From the NCBI GenBank assembly GCA_046538485.1, contig JBKHIT010000037.1:1-47405 (forward strand): a DNA stretch of 47,405 nucleotides. Direction: 5' to 3'. Below the pieces are notes generated by a model. It ran no database searches. It was not told where the DNA came from and saw only the letters and a program-made list of their open reading frames with translations. Made by a program: the position numbers and the translations under genes. Source of the stretch: Candidatus Brocadiia bacterium. GTDB taxonomy: Bacteria > Planctomycetota > Brocadiia > SM23-32. Shown here piece after piece: positions 1-8,145 of the stretch (its first letter is position 1; every line of letters begins with the position of its first letter).

Positions 1-49
1 AATTGCGGCTGGATTTAACTCTGTGCGCCAATAGCCGTAAAATCGAGGC

Positions 50-76
50 TAGCCTGCATCTTACGGATGCAGGCTA
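50..76. terminator. Perfect 11-bp hairpin, possible terminator of a gene outside the window
   Basis: TAGCCTGCATC-TTACG-GATGCAGGCTA inverted repeat followed by AT-rich TATAAAA; no clean U-tract on +. Confidence 0.4.
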
Positions 77-102
77 TATAAAACGGCGCATGCCGTTCAG
101 GA

Positions 103-118
103 GTAAGAACTTACGAAA
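103..118. repeat. 16-bp direct repeat copy 1 (GTAAGAACTTACGAAA)
   Basis: Identical to 7872-7887; core GTAAG-AA-CTTAC is palindromic. Confidence 0.8.
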
Positions 119-324
119 ACAAGAAGTGTGACAGGGTCCGGCCAGTGTTACTGTGCAGCAAGATGTCTGTATCTTCCTTGTGAAAAAGCAGTTAAAGCCG
201 ATTGTGAGCACGTCGCTTGGTAATCGCAAAGAAAAAACGCAGATTTTTCTTCTATGCAAACCGTAATGCGGCCGGGGGAGCGGATTTCTGCGCGGGATTC
301 TGTAACACAAATAGCCCCGCACTC

Positions 325-352
325 TTGACACCGGGTAGAAGGGCATTATAGG
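325..352 (+). promoter_or_regulatory. Putative sigma70-type promoter for the LPS cluster
   Basis: TTGACA at 325-330, 16-bp spacer, TATAGG at 347-352. Confidence 0.45.
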
Positions 353-426
353 CTCTGAATAGTCGGGCAAAGCACAAAATAGCGGCTTTGCTGAAGTTTT
401 ACTTTTTCCCGGTGCTGTGTCTATAC

Positions 427-1578
427 GTGAGCGACTCTATTTCCACAAAATCTTCCGACGACTTTTTGCCTGCCGTGCTTCACCTTAATACCGAAAAGAC
501 CTGGCGGGGCGGGGAACAACAGATGTTGTATCTGGCATCGGGTCTGGACAAGCGGGGTGTTAAGACAGCGGTCGTGGCGGAATGCCAGAGCCCCTGCAGC
601 GATAGGGTCCGCGAGGCGGGGCTGAGGTGTCATGAACTGCATATGCGCGGCGAATGGGATCTGTGGGCTGCCCGTGATATCGCCCGGATTGCCCGTGAGG
701 GCGGATACGACATCCTCCACGCCCATACTTCTCATGCGCATACGTTGGGTTCGCTTGCGGCGCGGATTTTTGACGGGGCCGCCCGGATGGTGGTGCATCG
801 CCGGGTGGATTTTCATATCCATCCCCATTTTTTACGACTGGGCGCGGTTAAGTATCGATTGGGTGTGGATCGTATCATCGCCATCAGCCGGCCCGTTAAA
901 GAGGTTTTAATCTCCGATGGGGTGCCGGCCGATAAGATCGAAATTATCCCGAGTGCAGTTAAGCTCAGCCGTTTTGAGAACATTGAGCCGGATCCTGGTC
1001 TGCGCGAAGATCTGGGCATTCCGGAGGATGCTGTTTTCATTATCAATGTCGGTTATCTGGTGGGCCATAAAGCCCATGAGTATCTTATCCGGGCGGCGCC
1101 GCGCGTGCTTGAAGAGGTGCCCGATGCGTATTTTGTCATCGCCGGCAGCGGCCCGCGTCTGGAGGAGTTGCAGGAGGAAGCACGGCGTAAGAGTGTAGAA
1201 TCCCGGGTGATTTTCGCCGGATTCCGTTCGGATGTGCCCGAGTTGCTTGCGGAAGCGGATATGTTTGCGCTTTCGAGCTGGGGAGAGGGATTGTGCAGCA
1301 CGTTGCTTGAGGTGATGGCGAGCGATTTGCCGATTGTTGCGACGGCTGCGGGAGGCGTGACGGATGTGATAGAGGATGGTTATAACGGCATTCTGGTGCC
1401 CACACGTGACCCTGAAGCTTTAGCAGATGGCATAATCAGAATGGTCTCAGATCCCGCCCTGGCGCAGAGAATGGTTGAGAACGCACGCCATGTCGTGCGC
1501 GAGAAGTTCTCGGCAAAGTCGCTGGTGGATTCCACATTGGAGCTTTATCGCCGATTGCTATCAGCGCGGCGGATTTGA
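427..1578 (+). CDS. Glycosyltransferase family 4 (GT-B fold), likely LPS/envelope glycan synthesis
   Basis: N-terminal WRGGEQQ, DILHAHTSHAH, C-terminal FAGFRSDV...SSWGEGLCSTLLEVMASDLPIVATAAGG GT4 signature; start uncertain (TTG 388 or GTG 427). Confidence 0.88.
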   Translation: MSDSISTKSSDDFLPAVLHLNTEKTWRGGEQQMLYLASGLDKRGVKTAVVAECQSPCSDRVREAGLRCHELHMRGEWDLWAARDIARIAREGGYDILHAHTSHAHTLGSLAARIFDGAARMVVHRRVDFHIHPHFLRLGAVKYRLGVDRIIAISRPVKEVLISDGVPADKIEIIPSAVKLSRFENIEPDPGLREDLGIPEDAVFIINVGYLVGHKAHEYLIRAAPRVLEEVPDAYFVIAGSGPRLEELQEEARRKSVESRVIFAGFRSDVPELLAEADMFALSSWGEGLCSTLLEVMASDLPIVATAAGGVTDVIEDGYNGILVPTRDPEALADGIIRMVSDPALAQRMVENARHVVREKFSAKSLVDSTLELYRRLLSARRI

Positions 1579-1659
1579 GAGTGCGCGTATCGCACGGATT
1601 TGTGGATTTGGACGTTAATAAAAGCAGAATTTCTGGAGCAAAAACAGCAGTAAAAGCCG

Positions 1660-3216
1660 ATGCGAATTCTTTTTATATATCCCAATATCGACTGTCAGAT
1701 CGGTTTCAATTATGGGCTCGCTTTTCTGTCCTCTGTTTTGCAGCGTGAGGGCCATGAGACGAAGTTGCTCAACGTGAACGAAAAGCTGGATTTTCCCCTG
1801 GTTCCGGATCGGATTTGCCGGGAGGTCCGCGATTATGATCCTGACCTGGTGGGGTTTTCGGTGGTTACCCCCCAGTACCAGGCCGCGCGGCGAATAGCTG
1901 AAATCGTGAGGGAGGGTTCTGACGCACCGATCGTATGCGGAGGGATTCATCCCACGATGGCTCCCGAAGAGACATTGCAGGACGAATGCTGGGATTACAT
2001 CTGCGTGGGCGAGGGGGAGGATGCGATAATCGACATGGTCGATCGGCTGGAGAGCGGAGAACCTTTGAAAGAGATCTCCAACATCGCGTACCGCGAAGAC
2101 GGGGAGGTGGTGCGCAATTCACTTCGGCCTTTTAAGGAACTGACGGAACTTCCGCCCAAGGACTATAAACTTTTCGATTTCCAGAAGATGATCGATGCCA
2201 AGAACGGGTGGGTGGGGCTTATGGCATCGCGCGGGTGCCCTTTCCGATGCTCCTATTGTTTCAATCATCGCATGGTGGATCTTTATCAAAAGAGCACCGG
2301 TTTGGCGCGCAAGGAGCTCAATTACATTCGAAAGCATCCCGTGGATGCAGTTATTGCGGAGATAGAGTATTTGCTGGAGAACTATGAGAATATTGACACG
2401 TTTATTTTCGACGATGATATCCTGACGCTTGAGAAAGATTATCTGCGGGATCTGTGCCGGCGATATGCGGAGGTTTGCGATCTGCCCTTTGTGTGCAATG
2501 CCCACGTGAGGTTTTTCGATCGGGAGCGGGCGGAGATGTTGAAATCGGCCGGCTGTCGCATTGTGAAATTCGGTCTTGAGAGCGGCAGCGAGCGGGTCCG
2601 GCGTGAAATTATGCATCGACGTATGAGCGACGAAAAGATTGATGAAGCCTTCAAGACCGCCCACGAGGCGGGGCTGGAAACCTCTGCCTTTGTCATGCTG
2701 GGATTGCCGGGGGAGACCATGGAGGAGCTTGACGAGACGCTGGATTTGCTGGCCCAGATTGGGCCCAGCCGGTTCCGATGGTCGATTTTCTTCCCGTTTT
2801 TCAATACAGATGCCTACGATATGAGTGTCGAAGGCGGGTACGTTAATGAAGAAGCCATGCACCGTCTGACGAATTTCATGGCGGCATCGTGCCTGGATTT
2901 TGGCCCCGAGCAAAATCTTCGGATCCGGAAGCTGCGTCGGACTATTCCGTGGGAGGTGAACGTACGCGCCGGCTACGCTCCGGAAGTCTATCGGCCTGAA
3001 CTTGAGCGTATCAGCGAGATGGATGAAGGGGCCTGGGCTCAGGAGGAAGACGACTTTGTAGAAAAAGACCACGAGATTTCCCGGGTCTTGTTGGAACAAG
3101 ACCGGCCGCATTACGCGATCAAGTACAATGATTTTATGGCCGTTTTGGAGCCGGACAAAGAGACTTTGGAAGAACGGCGTAAGGCCGGAATCATGAATGG
3201 TTCAGAGGCGGGATGA
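1660..3216 (+). CDS. Cobalamin-binding radical SAM protein (class B methyltransferase/BchE-like architecture)
   Basis: N-terminal B12-binding-type domain (YGLAFLSSVLQREGHE, IVCGGIHPT), SRGCPFRCSYC CxxxCxxC motif, FGLESGSERV, MLGLPGET. Confidence 0.92.
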   Translation: MRILFIYPNIDCQIGFNYGLAFLSSVLQREGHETKLLNVNEKLDFPLVPDRICREVRDYDPDLVGFSVVTPQYQAARRIAEIVREGSDAPIVCGGIHPTMAPEETLQDECWDYICVGEGEDAIIDMVDRLESGEPLKEISNIAYREDGEVVRNSLRPFKELTELPPKDYKLFDFQKMIDAKNGWVGLMASRGCPFRCSYCFNHRMVDLYQKSTGLARKELNYIRKHPVDAVIAEIEYLLENYENIDTFIFDDDILTLEKDYLRDLCRRYAEVCDLPFVCNAHVRFFDRERAEMLKSAGCRIVKFGLESGSERVRREIMHRRMSDEKIDEAFKTAHEAGLETSAFVMLGLPGETMEELDETLDLLAQIGPSRFRWSIFFPFFNTDAYDMSVEGGYVNEEAMHRLTNFMAASCLDFGPEQNLRIRKLRRTIPWEVNVRAGYAPEVYRPELERISEMDEGAWAQEEDDFVEKDHEISRVLLEQDRPHYAIKYNDFMAVLEPDKETLEERRKAGIMNGSEAG

Positions 3217-4295
3217 ACGGAATGGGCCCGATACCTCAAGCTCAACACATTGCCATAGACTGTCCGAACTGGGTGGGCGATGCGGTGATGGCCACCCCGG
3301 CGTTGCGGTGCGTGCGGCGCAACTATCCCGAAGCGCAAATTGTTTTTATTATTCGGCCTTACCTCAGGGGTATTTTTGAGGACGCGCCGTGGTACGATGG
3401 CATCCTGGAATATGAACCTCCTGCAGACGGCGGCCCTTTTTCGTGGCAAAAAGGTGCTGTGTTTATGTTGCGGGCCGCGCAACGACTCCGGCAGGAAAAG
3501 TTGGATCTCGCTCTTTTGTTGAAACACAGTTTCCGATCGGCCCTTTTGGCCCGGCTCGCCGGCGCGAAACGGCGTGTGGCAAACTCACGTGGCGACCAGA
3601 AATGGCTATTGACGGATTCTCTGATGTGGCCGCGGAAGAACGGAGAGCGGTTGCCCCTCCCGAAGGTCGAGGCTTATATGCGTTTGTGCGAGCTTTTGGA
3701 ATTGAAATATACCGACGAACGCGCTCTGGAACTTTTCTACAGCCCGGCAGTGGCGCGGAAAGCGGAAGAGCTGGTGGTTCAGGCGGGCGGGAACCCGCAA
3801 CAACCGATGTTCGGTATCGTACCGGGAGCGTCGTTTGGTTCCGCCAAATTCTGGGATTGCAGAAAGTTCGCGCAGGTTGCTGACGCCCTGATAGAACGTC
3901 ACGGTTGGCAAGCCGCCGTGCTTTGCGGTCCGGGCGAGGAAGAGCTCGGACGCAAGATCGGATCTTATATGTCGCATCGCTGCCTCCAATTTGACCCACA
4001 GGAACTGTCTTTGAGTGTTTTAAAACCAATGATTGCTCGGTGCGAATTGCTTGTGACCACGGACACGGGACCGCGTCACATTGGAACGGCGTTTCGGGTC
4101 CCCACCGTTGTTATAATGGGTCCGACCGATCCGCGGCACACGGAGACGGGTTATGATAAAGAAGTGGTTTTGCGCAGGGACGTGCCCTGTGGGCCGTGTC
4201 ATCTGCGGGAGTGTCCCACGGATCATAGTTGCATGAAATTAATTACGGCGGATATGGTTATTGAGGCCGCCGAAAATTTATTGAGGTCAGCATGA
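3213..4295 (+). CDS. waaF: Lipopolysaccharide heptosyltransferase II (GT9)
   Basis: PNWVGDAVMATPAL, PGASFGSAKFW, TTDTGPRHIG, CGPCHLRECPTDHSCM; ATGA overlap with the upstream gene. Confidence 0.85.
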   Translation: MNGMGPIPQAQHIAIDCPNWVGDAVMATPALRCVRRNYPEAQIVFIIRPYLRGIFEDAPWYDGILEYEPPADGGPFSWQKGAVFMLRAAQRLRQEKLDLALLLKHSFRSALLARLAGAKRRVANSRGDQKWLLTDSLMWPRKNGERLPLPKVEAYMRLCELLELKYTDERALELFYSPAVARKAEELVVQAGGNPQQPMFGIVPGASFGSAKFWDCRKFAQVADALIERHGWQAAVLCGPGEEELGRKIGSYMSHRCLQFDPQELSLSVLKPMIARCELLVTTDTGPRHIGTAFRVPTVVIMGPTDPRHTETGYDKEVVLRRDVPCGPCHLRECPTDHSCMKLITADMVIEAAENLLRSA

Positions 4296-5311
4296 AAGGA
4301 ACAACCGAAGAACGATTGCTTAAAATAGCCGACGGTTTTGCCGAACAGCGGGTGGCGGTTCTGGGTGATTTTCTGGCGGATGTGTTTGTTTACGGCACGC
4401 CCAGCAGACTTTCACGGGAAGCCCCCGTTCCGATTCTCAGTCAGCAGGCCGAACGTACCGTGCCGGGCTCGGCCGGGAATGTGGCGCGGAATCTCGTTGC
4501 GCTCGGAGCCGGGGTGGATTGTATCGGGGCGCTGGGAAGCGATAAGGCAGGAGCGGCAATTCGGGAGGCATTGAAAGAGGCCGGGGCCGAGATATCGGCG
4601 TTGCACGAGTATGCTGAACTGGACACATGCACGAAAACGAGGATTATGGCCGGGGGGCCCAACAGGGCCAAGCAACAGGTGGTGCGGATAGACAGGGAAG
4701 AGGAAGGTGCCCTGCCGGAAAGGATACGGGAAGAGCTTGTTGAGGAGATGGAAACCCGCCTGAACGGTGTGGATGCAGTGATTCTATCGGATTATTTAAA
4801 CCGGACTTTCACGCAGCAAATTATTGAGAAAGCAGGTGTTTGGGCTGAAGAAACCACGGTGATCGTCGATTCTCGGTATCAACTTCACAAATTTCGATGT
4901 GTTACGGCGGCGACCCCAAACCGGCAAGAGTTCGAAAATTGTTTGAAAGCCATTTTCCCGCAGGAACAACCGAACATGGATTCCTGCACGAAGTTGCGAG
5001 AAGAGCTTGGTTTGGAGATTTTGCTTGTCACGCGCGGTAACGAGGGCATGACTGTGTGTCAGGAGGACGAAGCGCCGGTGTCCATTCCTATCGTGGGGCG
5101 GGTCGATGTGACGGATGTAACCGGTGCCGGCGACACGGTCGCCGCTGTCTTTGCTCTGGGTTTGGCAAGCTCGGCCAGCCCCGTGGAGGCGGCGCATCTG
5201 GCGAATCACGCCGCCGGGCTGGTGGTCACCAAAGCGGAAACCGCAACCTGCACACCTAACGAGCTGAAGAACAGTCTGCGACTGAGCACGGCTCCTGATG
5301 AATCGGGTTAA
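4292..5311 (+). CDS. rfaE1: D-glycero-beta-D-manno-heptose-7-phosphate kinase (RfaE domain I / HldA, PfkB family)
   Basis: RLSREAPVP, PGSAGNVARNL, QQVVRIDRE, ILSDY, TPNRQE, DVTGAGDTV. Confidence 0.9.
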   Translation: MKGTTEERLLKIADGFAEQRVAVLGDFLADVFVYGTPSRLSREAPVPILSQQAERTVPGSAGNVARNLVALGAGVDCIGALGSDKAGAAIREALKEAGAEISALHEYAELDTCTKTRIMAGGPNRAKQQVVRIDREEEGALPERIREELVEEMETRLNGVDAVILSDYLNRTFTQQIIEKAGVWAEETTVIVDSRYQLHKFRCVTAATPNRQEFENCLKAIFPQEQPNMDSCTKLREELGLEILLVTRGNEGMTVCQEDEAPVSIPIVGRVDVTDVTGAGDTVAAVFALGLASSASPVEAAHLANHAAGLVVTKAETATCTPNELKNSLRLSTAPDESG

Positions 5312-5340
5312 ATTTTCTCAATCAGTTGGGAATGATCCAA

Positions 5341-5841
5341 ATGGCTGAAATCATAATCGATCACGATGTATTGAAAAGTCGAATCGATGCGCTGAAGCAG
5401 GACGGGCAGAAGATAGTTTTCACGAACGGTTGCTTCAATTTGTTGCACGTCGGGCATATCCGTTATCTGCAGGGAGCCGCTGATATCGGCAACGTGCTGT
5501 TGACAGCCATCAATTCCGATGATTCCGTGCGGCAGCTGAAAGGCGCTGATTATCCGGTAGTACCTCATGACGAGCGCGCTGAAATCGTCGCGGCACTGGA
5601 ATGCGTGGATTTTGTCACGATATTTCACGAGACGGACGTTTCGAACCTTTTGTTGAAGCTCAAGCCCGATGTCCACACCAAAGGTTCGGATTATACCCTG
5701 GAGACAATCCCCGAACGCGAAACGGTTCTTTCTTATGGCGGCGAGCTTGCCATCGCGGGTGATCCGAAAGATCACAGCACGACCGATCTGATCGAGCATG
5801 TTGCTTCGGCGCGGGGCAGCGATGAAGATGAATCGGAGTAG
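5341..5841 (+). CDS. rfaE2: D-glycero-beta-D-manno-heptose 1-phosphate adenylyltransferase (RfaE domain II / HldC)
   Basis: VFTNGCFNLLHVGHIRYL (HxGH), NSDDSVRQLKG, KGSDY, HSTTDLI. Confidence 0.9.
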   Translation: MAEIIIDHDVLKSRIDALKQDGQKIVFTNGCFNLLHVGHIRYLQGAADIGNVLLTAINSDDSVRQLKGADYPVVPHDERAEIVAALECVDFVTIFHETDVSNLLLKLKPDVHTKGSDYTLETIPERETVLSYGGELAIAGDPKDHSTTDLIEHVASARGSDEDESE

Positions 5842-5872
5842 TCAGGCCTGCAATTGCCGCGCTTCGGGCATT

Positions 5873-5901
5873 TTGACCTCTTTCCCCGGGGCAGTTACCA
5901 T
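5873..5901 (+). promoter_or_regulatory. Putative sigma70-type promoter for the LPS kinase gene
   Basis: TTGACC-17 bp-TACCAT. Confidence 0.4.
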
Positions 5902-5990
5902 AATGCTGCCTCGATTTCCGGTCGTACGCCGGTAAATGTGGGAATGCCATTTCATCCGATTTACAAAGGTATTGTCGGCCATCGGTGTCC

Positions 5991-7700
5991 ATGAATACTC
6001 AGAGTAAATCCCGAACAGTTCTGGTTCGCGCCCACGGTTTGCGGTGGCGGTGCGTCGAGGATTTTGCGCAAACTCTCCCGAAGGTTGATGTGCTTCGCCT
6101 GCGCCGCCCGGAGGATTTCGCGGCGGGGGAAGTGGTAAAAGACAATAAAGTTCGGACGGTAGCATGGTTTGCAAATCCAGATTCCGACAAGGATCGTGGT
6201 TTGTACGTGAAGCGATTCAAATTTCCGGATTTTTTGCGGAAGGCGAAATGCCTGATCAGGCCCACCCAGGCGGCGAGAGAATGGAAAATGGGTCGGTTGC
6301 TGATCAAAAAAGGCATTCCGACCTGCCGGGTATTAGCTGTGGCGGAGAGGCGTCGAAAGCTTTTTCACCGGGAAGCTTTGCTTATCAGTGAAGAAATTCC
6401 CGGGGTGAAACCGCTGAGTGAATGGCTTGAGGAAAATGATTGGTTGGAGGTTCCTCGCAAGGTGCGTGAAGGATTGTTGGAGGAACTTGCGGGAGTGGTG
6501 GCCCGGCTGGCGCGTGTGGGAGCCTGTCACAAAGACTTCCACGTTGGGAATATTATGATTGATCCAGATGCTTCGCGGGGGGAACGGATTTGGGTGCTGG
6601 ATCTTCATAGCGTGAGCTTGTGGTGGACCACCAGATCTCGGATAATTCGAATGTTGGTTTATCTGATGGATTCGACGTGTGAAGCGGGGATAAGGGATGC
6701 TGACCGCGTTGAGTTTCTGCGATATTTTTTTGAGGAATGGCGGGGCGAATCCCCCGGGGAAAATACTTTCAGGGCATGGACGCGGCGCATTCAGCGGGCA
6801 TGGAAGCGTCGCCGGAGACGTCATATGAAAAGCCGGACAAAGCGTTGTTTGGTGGAAAGCAGCGAGTTCACGCGTGACCGGCGGGATGGATTCCGGATTT
6901 TCCACAGGCGGGAATTTCAGGTGCCAGCCGCACTGGAGGTCGTGCGGAAACATCAGAAGGCCATCGCGGGGGCTGAAAACGGGTGCGAATTGTATAAAGT
7001 GGGGAGTCGGACTGAGATCTCTGAATGCACCACGCCGTCGGGCCGGAAGGTGTTTGTGAAAGCCTTTCTGCGGCGGAGTATTAAGGAACGTGTGAAATCA
7101 TTTTTCCGCCTGTCTCCCCGAGCGCGTGCTGCGTGGCGGAGGCACCGTGGTTTTCGGGTTCGCCGGTTGCCGGCACCGCAGGGATTGGCTTTGCTGGAAA
7201 CTACCAATAAACTTTCGGGGCGTCCGGATTATCTGGTAACCGAAGACGTTGGCTGTATAAAGAATCTTCAAGAACTTGGTCTGGCTTTGACCCCGAGATG
7301 GGAAAAGGTGTCGGGACCAGAATTGAGTTTTGAGGAGAGACGACAACTTGGCCGGGCGGTGGGTGAACTGTTCGATAGACTGGCTGAACGCGAGGTGCGA
7401 CATTATGATATGAAGCCGTCAAATATTCTTGTAAGCCGTGAGGATGGCCAATTTCGGCTTCATCTGGTTGATTTAGACCATGCGCAGTTTCGGGTTCACT
7501 GGAAGGAAAAACATTGGATTCAGCATCTGGCGCAGTGCAATGCCGGTCTCGCAGAGGGGGTCAGCGTGCTGGAGCGTATGCGGGTTCTTCGCCAGATTGG
7601 TCGAGGAAGATGGTCGGCCAGCCAGCGTCTTAGAATAGCACGGGCCGTTCTGGAACTGTCACTGACCCGCAGGCCTGTATGGTTGCGGGATCCCACATGA
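5991..7700 (+). CDS. Lipopolysaccharide kinase (Kdo/WaaP/InaA-like) with two tandem kinase domains
   Basis: Domain 1 YVKRF...HKDFHVGNIMI...VLDLHS; domain 2 FVKAF...HYDMKPSNILV...LVDLDHA; context next to heptose genes. Confidence 0.8.
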   Translation: MNTQSKSRTVLVRAHGLRWRCVEDFAQTLPKVDVLRLRRPEDFAAGEVVKDNKVRTVAWFANPDSDKDRGLYVKRFKFPDFLRKAKCLIRPTQAAREWKMGRLLIKKGIPTCRVLAVAERRRKLFHREALLISEEIPGVKPLSEWLEENDWLEVPRKVREGLLEELAGVVARLARVGACHKDFHVGNIMIDPDASRGERIWVLDLHSVSLWWTTRSRIIRMLVYLMDSTCEAGIRDADRVEFLRYFFEEWRGESPGENTFRAWTRRIQRAWKRRRRRHMKSRTKRCLVESSEFTRDRRDGFRIFHRREFQVPAALEVVRKHQKAIAGAENGCELYKVGSRTEISECTTPSGRKVFVKAFLRRSIKERVKSFFRLSPRARAAWRRHRGFRVRRLPAPQGLALLETTNKLSGRPDYLVTEDVGCIKNLQELGLALTPRWEKVSGPELSFEERRQLGRAVGELFDRLAEREVRHYDMKPSNILVSREDGQFRLHLVDLDHAQFRVHWKEKHWIQHLAQCNAGLAEGVSVLERMRVLRQIGRGRWSASQRLRIARAVLELSLTRRPVWLRDPT

Positions 7701-7871
7701 GGTCCACGAGAGATGAGTTTGGGGTATATAGTGTCGCCGAACAGTTGGCAGATTTGCCCCGGGACGCGAAATGTGGTGTTTTTTGATCGACCTTGAGCCG
7801 TTCGTCTCTCAACTGAGCTGGGCTAAGGCGGGCTTTATTTTGACCGATTTAACCGTGTAAGCCCTTTTGTT

Positions 7872-7887
7872 GTAAGAACTTACGAAA
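7872..7887. repeat. 16-bp direct repeat copy 2 (GTAAGAACTTACGAAA)
   Basis: Identical to 103-118. Confidence 0.8.
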
Positions 7888-7910
7888 GGTGATATGCCCT
7901 TGTGGATAGC

Positions 7911-7939
7911 TTGACACTCCCGGGGGGTTCGTCTATAAT
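7911..7939 (+). promoter_or_regulatory. Consensus sigma70-type promoter of the purA operon
   Basis: Exact TTGACA (7911-7916), 17-bp spacer, exact TATAAT (7934-7939). Confidence 0.85.
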
Positions 7940-7989
7940 AGTATAAGTTAAAAAGATTGTCGGCATAAAGAACGACGTCTTTGGAAAAT

Positions 7990-8106
7990 ATCCCTTCCAT
8001 ACGCTTCCCTTCCTCATCACGATTTCGAGTGAGTTCAGGCTGGTGGTCTGCACCTGCACCGACGAGAAAGGCGCCTGACGGGATGGAAGGAGAGAGAGTG
8101 TGAAGC
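7990..8106 (+). ncRNA. Candidate structured leader RNA or small RNA upstream of purA (family not recognised)
   Basis: Nested complementarity: TACGCT/AGTGTG, CCTTCC/GGAAGG, TCAC/GTGA, TCAGGC/GCCTGA, GGTG/CACC; lies between a perfect promoter and purA. Confidence 0.4.
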
Positions 8107-8145
8107 ATAGAAAAAGCGAGAGGAATTGGCCAGAGGGAGAGTCGT

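Noticed and set aside
74..370. 98-aa minus-strand ORF
   Set aside because: No recognisable motif; overlaps promoter-like and palindromic elements of an intergenic region
1..390. Possible replication origin
   Set aside because: Only one consensus DnaA box, no box cluster or clear unwinding element, no dnaA/dnaN nearby
2119..3111. 330-aa antisense ORF (and similar long antisense ORFs at 11454-12263, 19671-20480, 31357-32349, 35016-35846, 45566-46510)
   Set aside because: Shadow frames of well-supported genes on the opposite strand; no motifs
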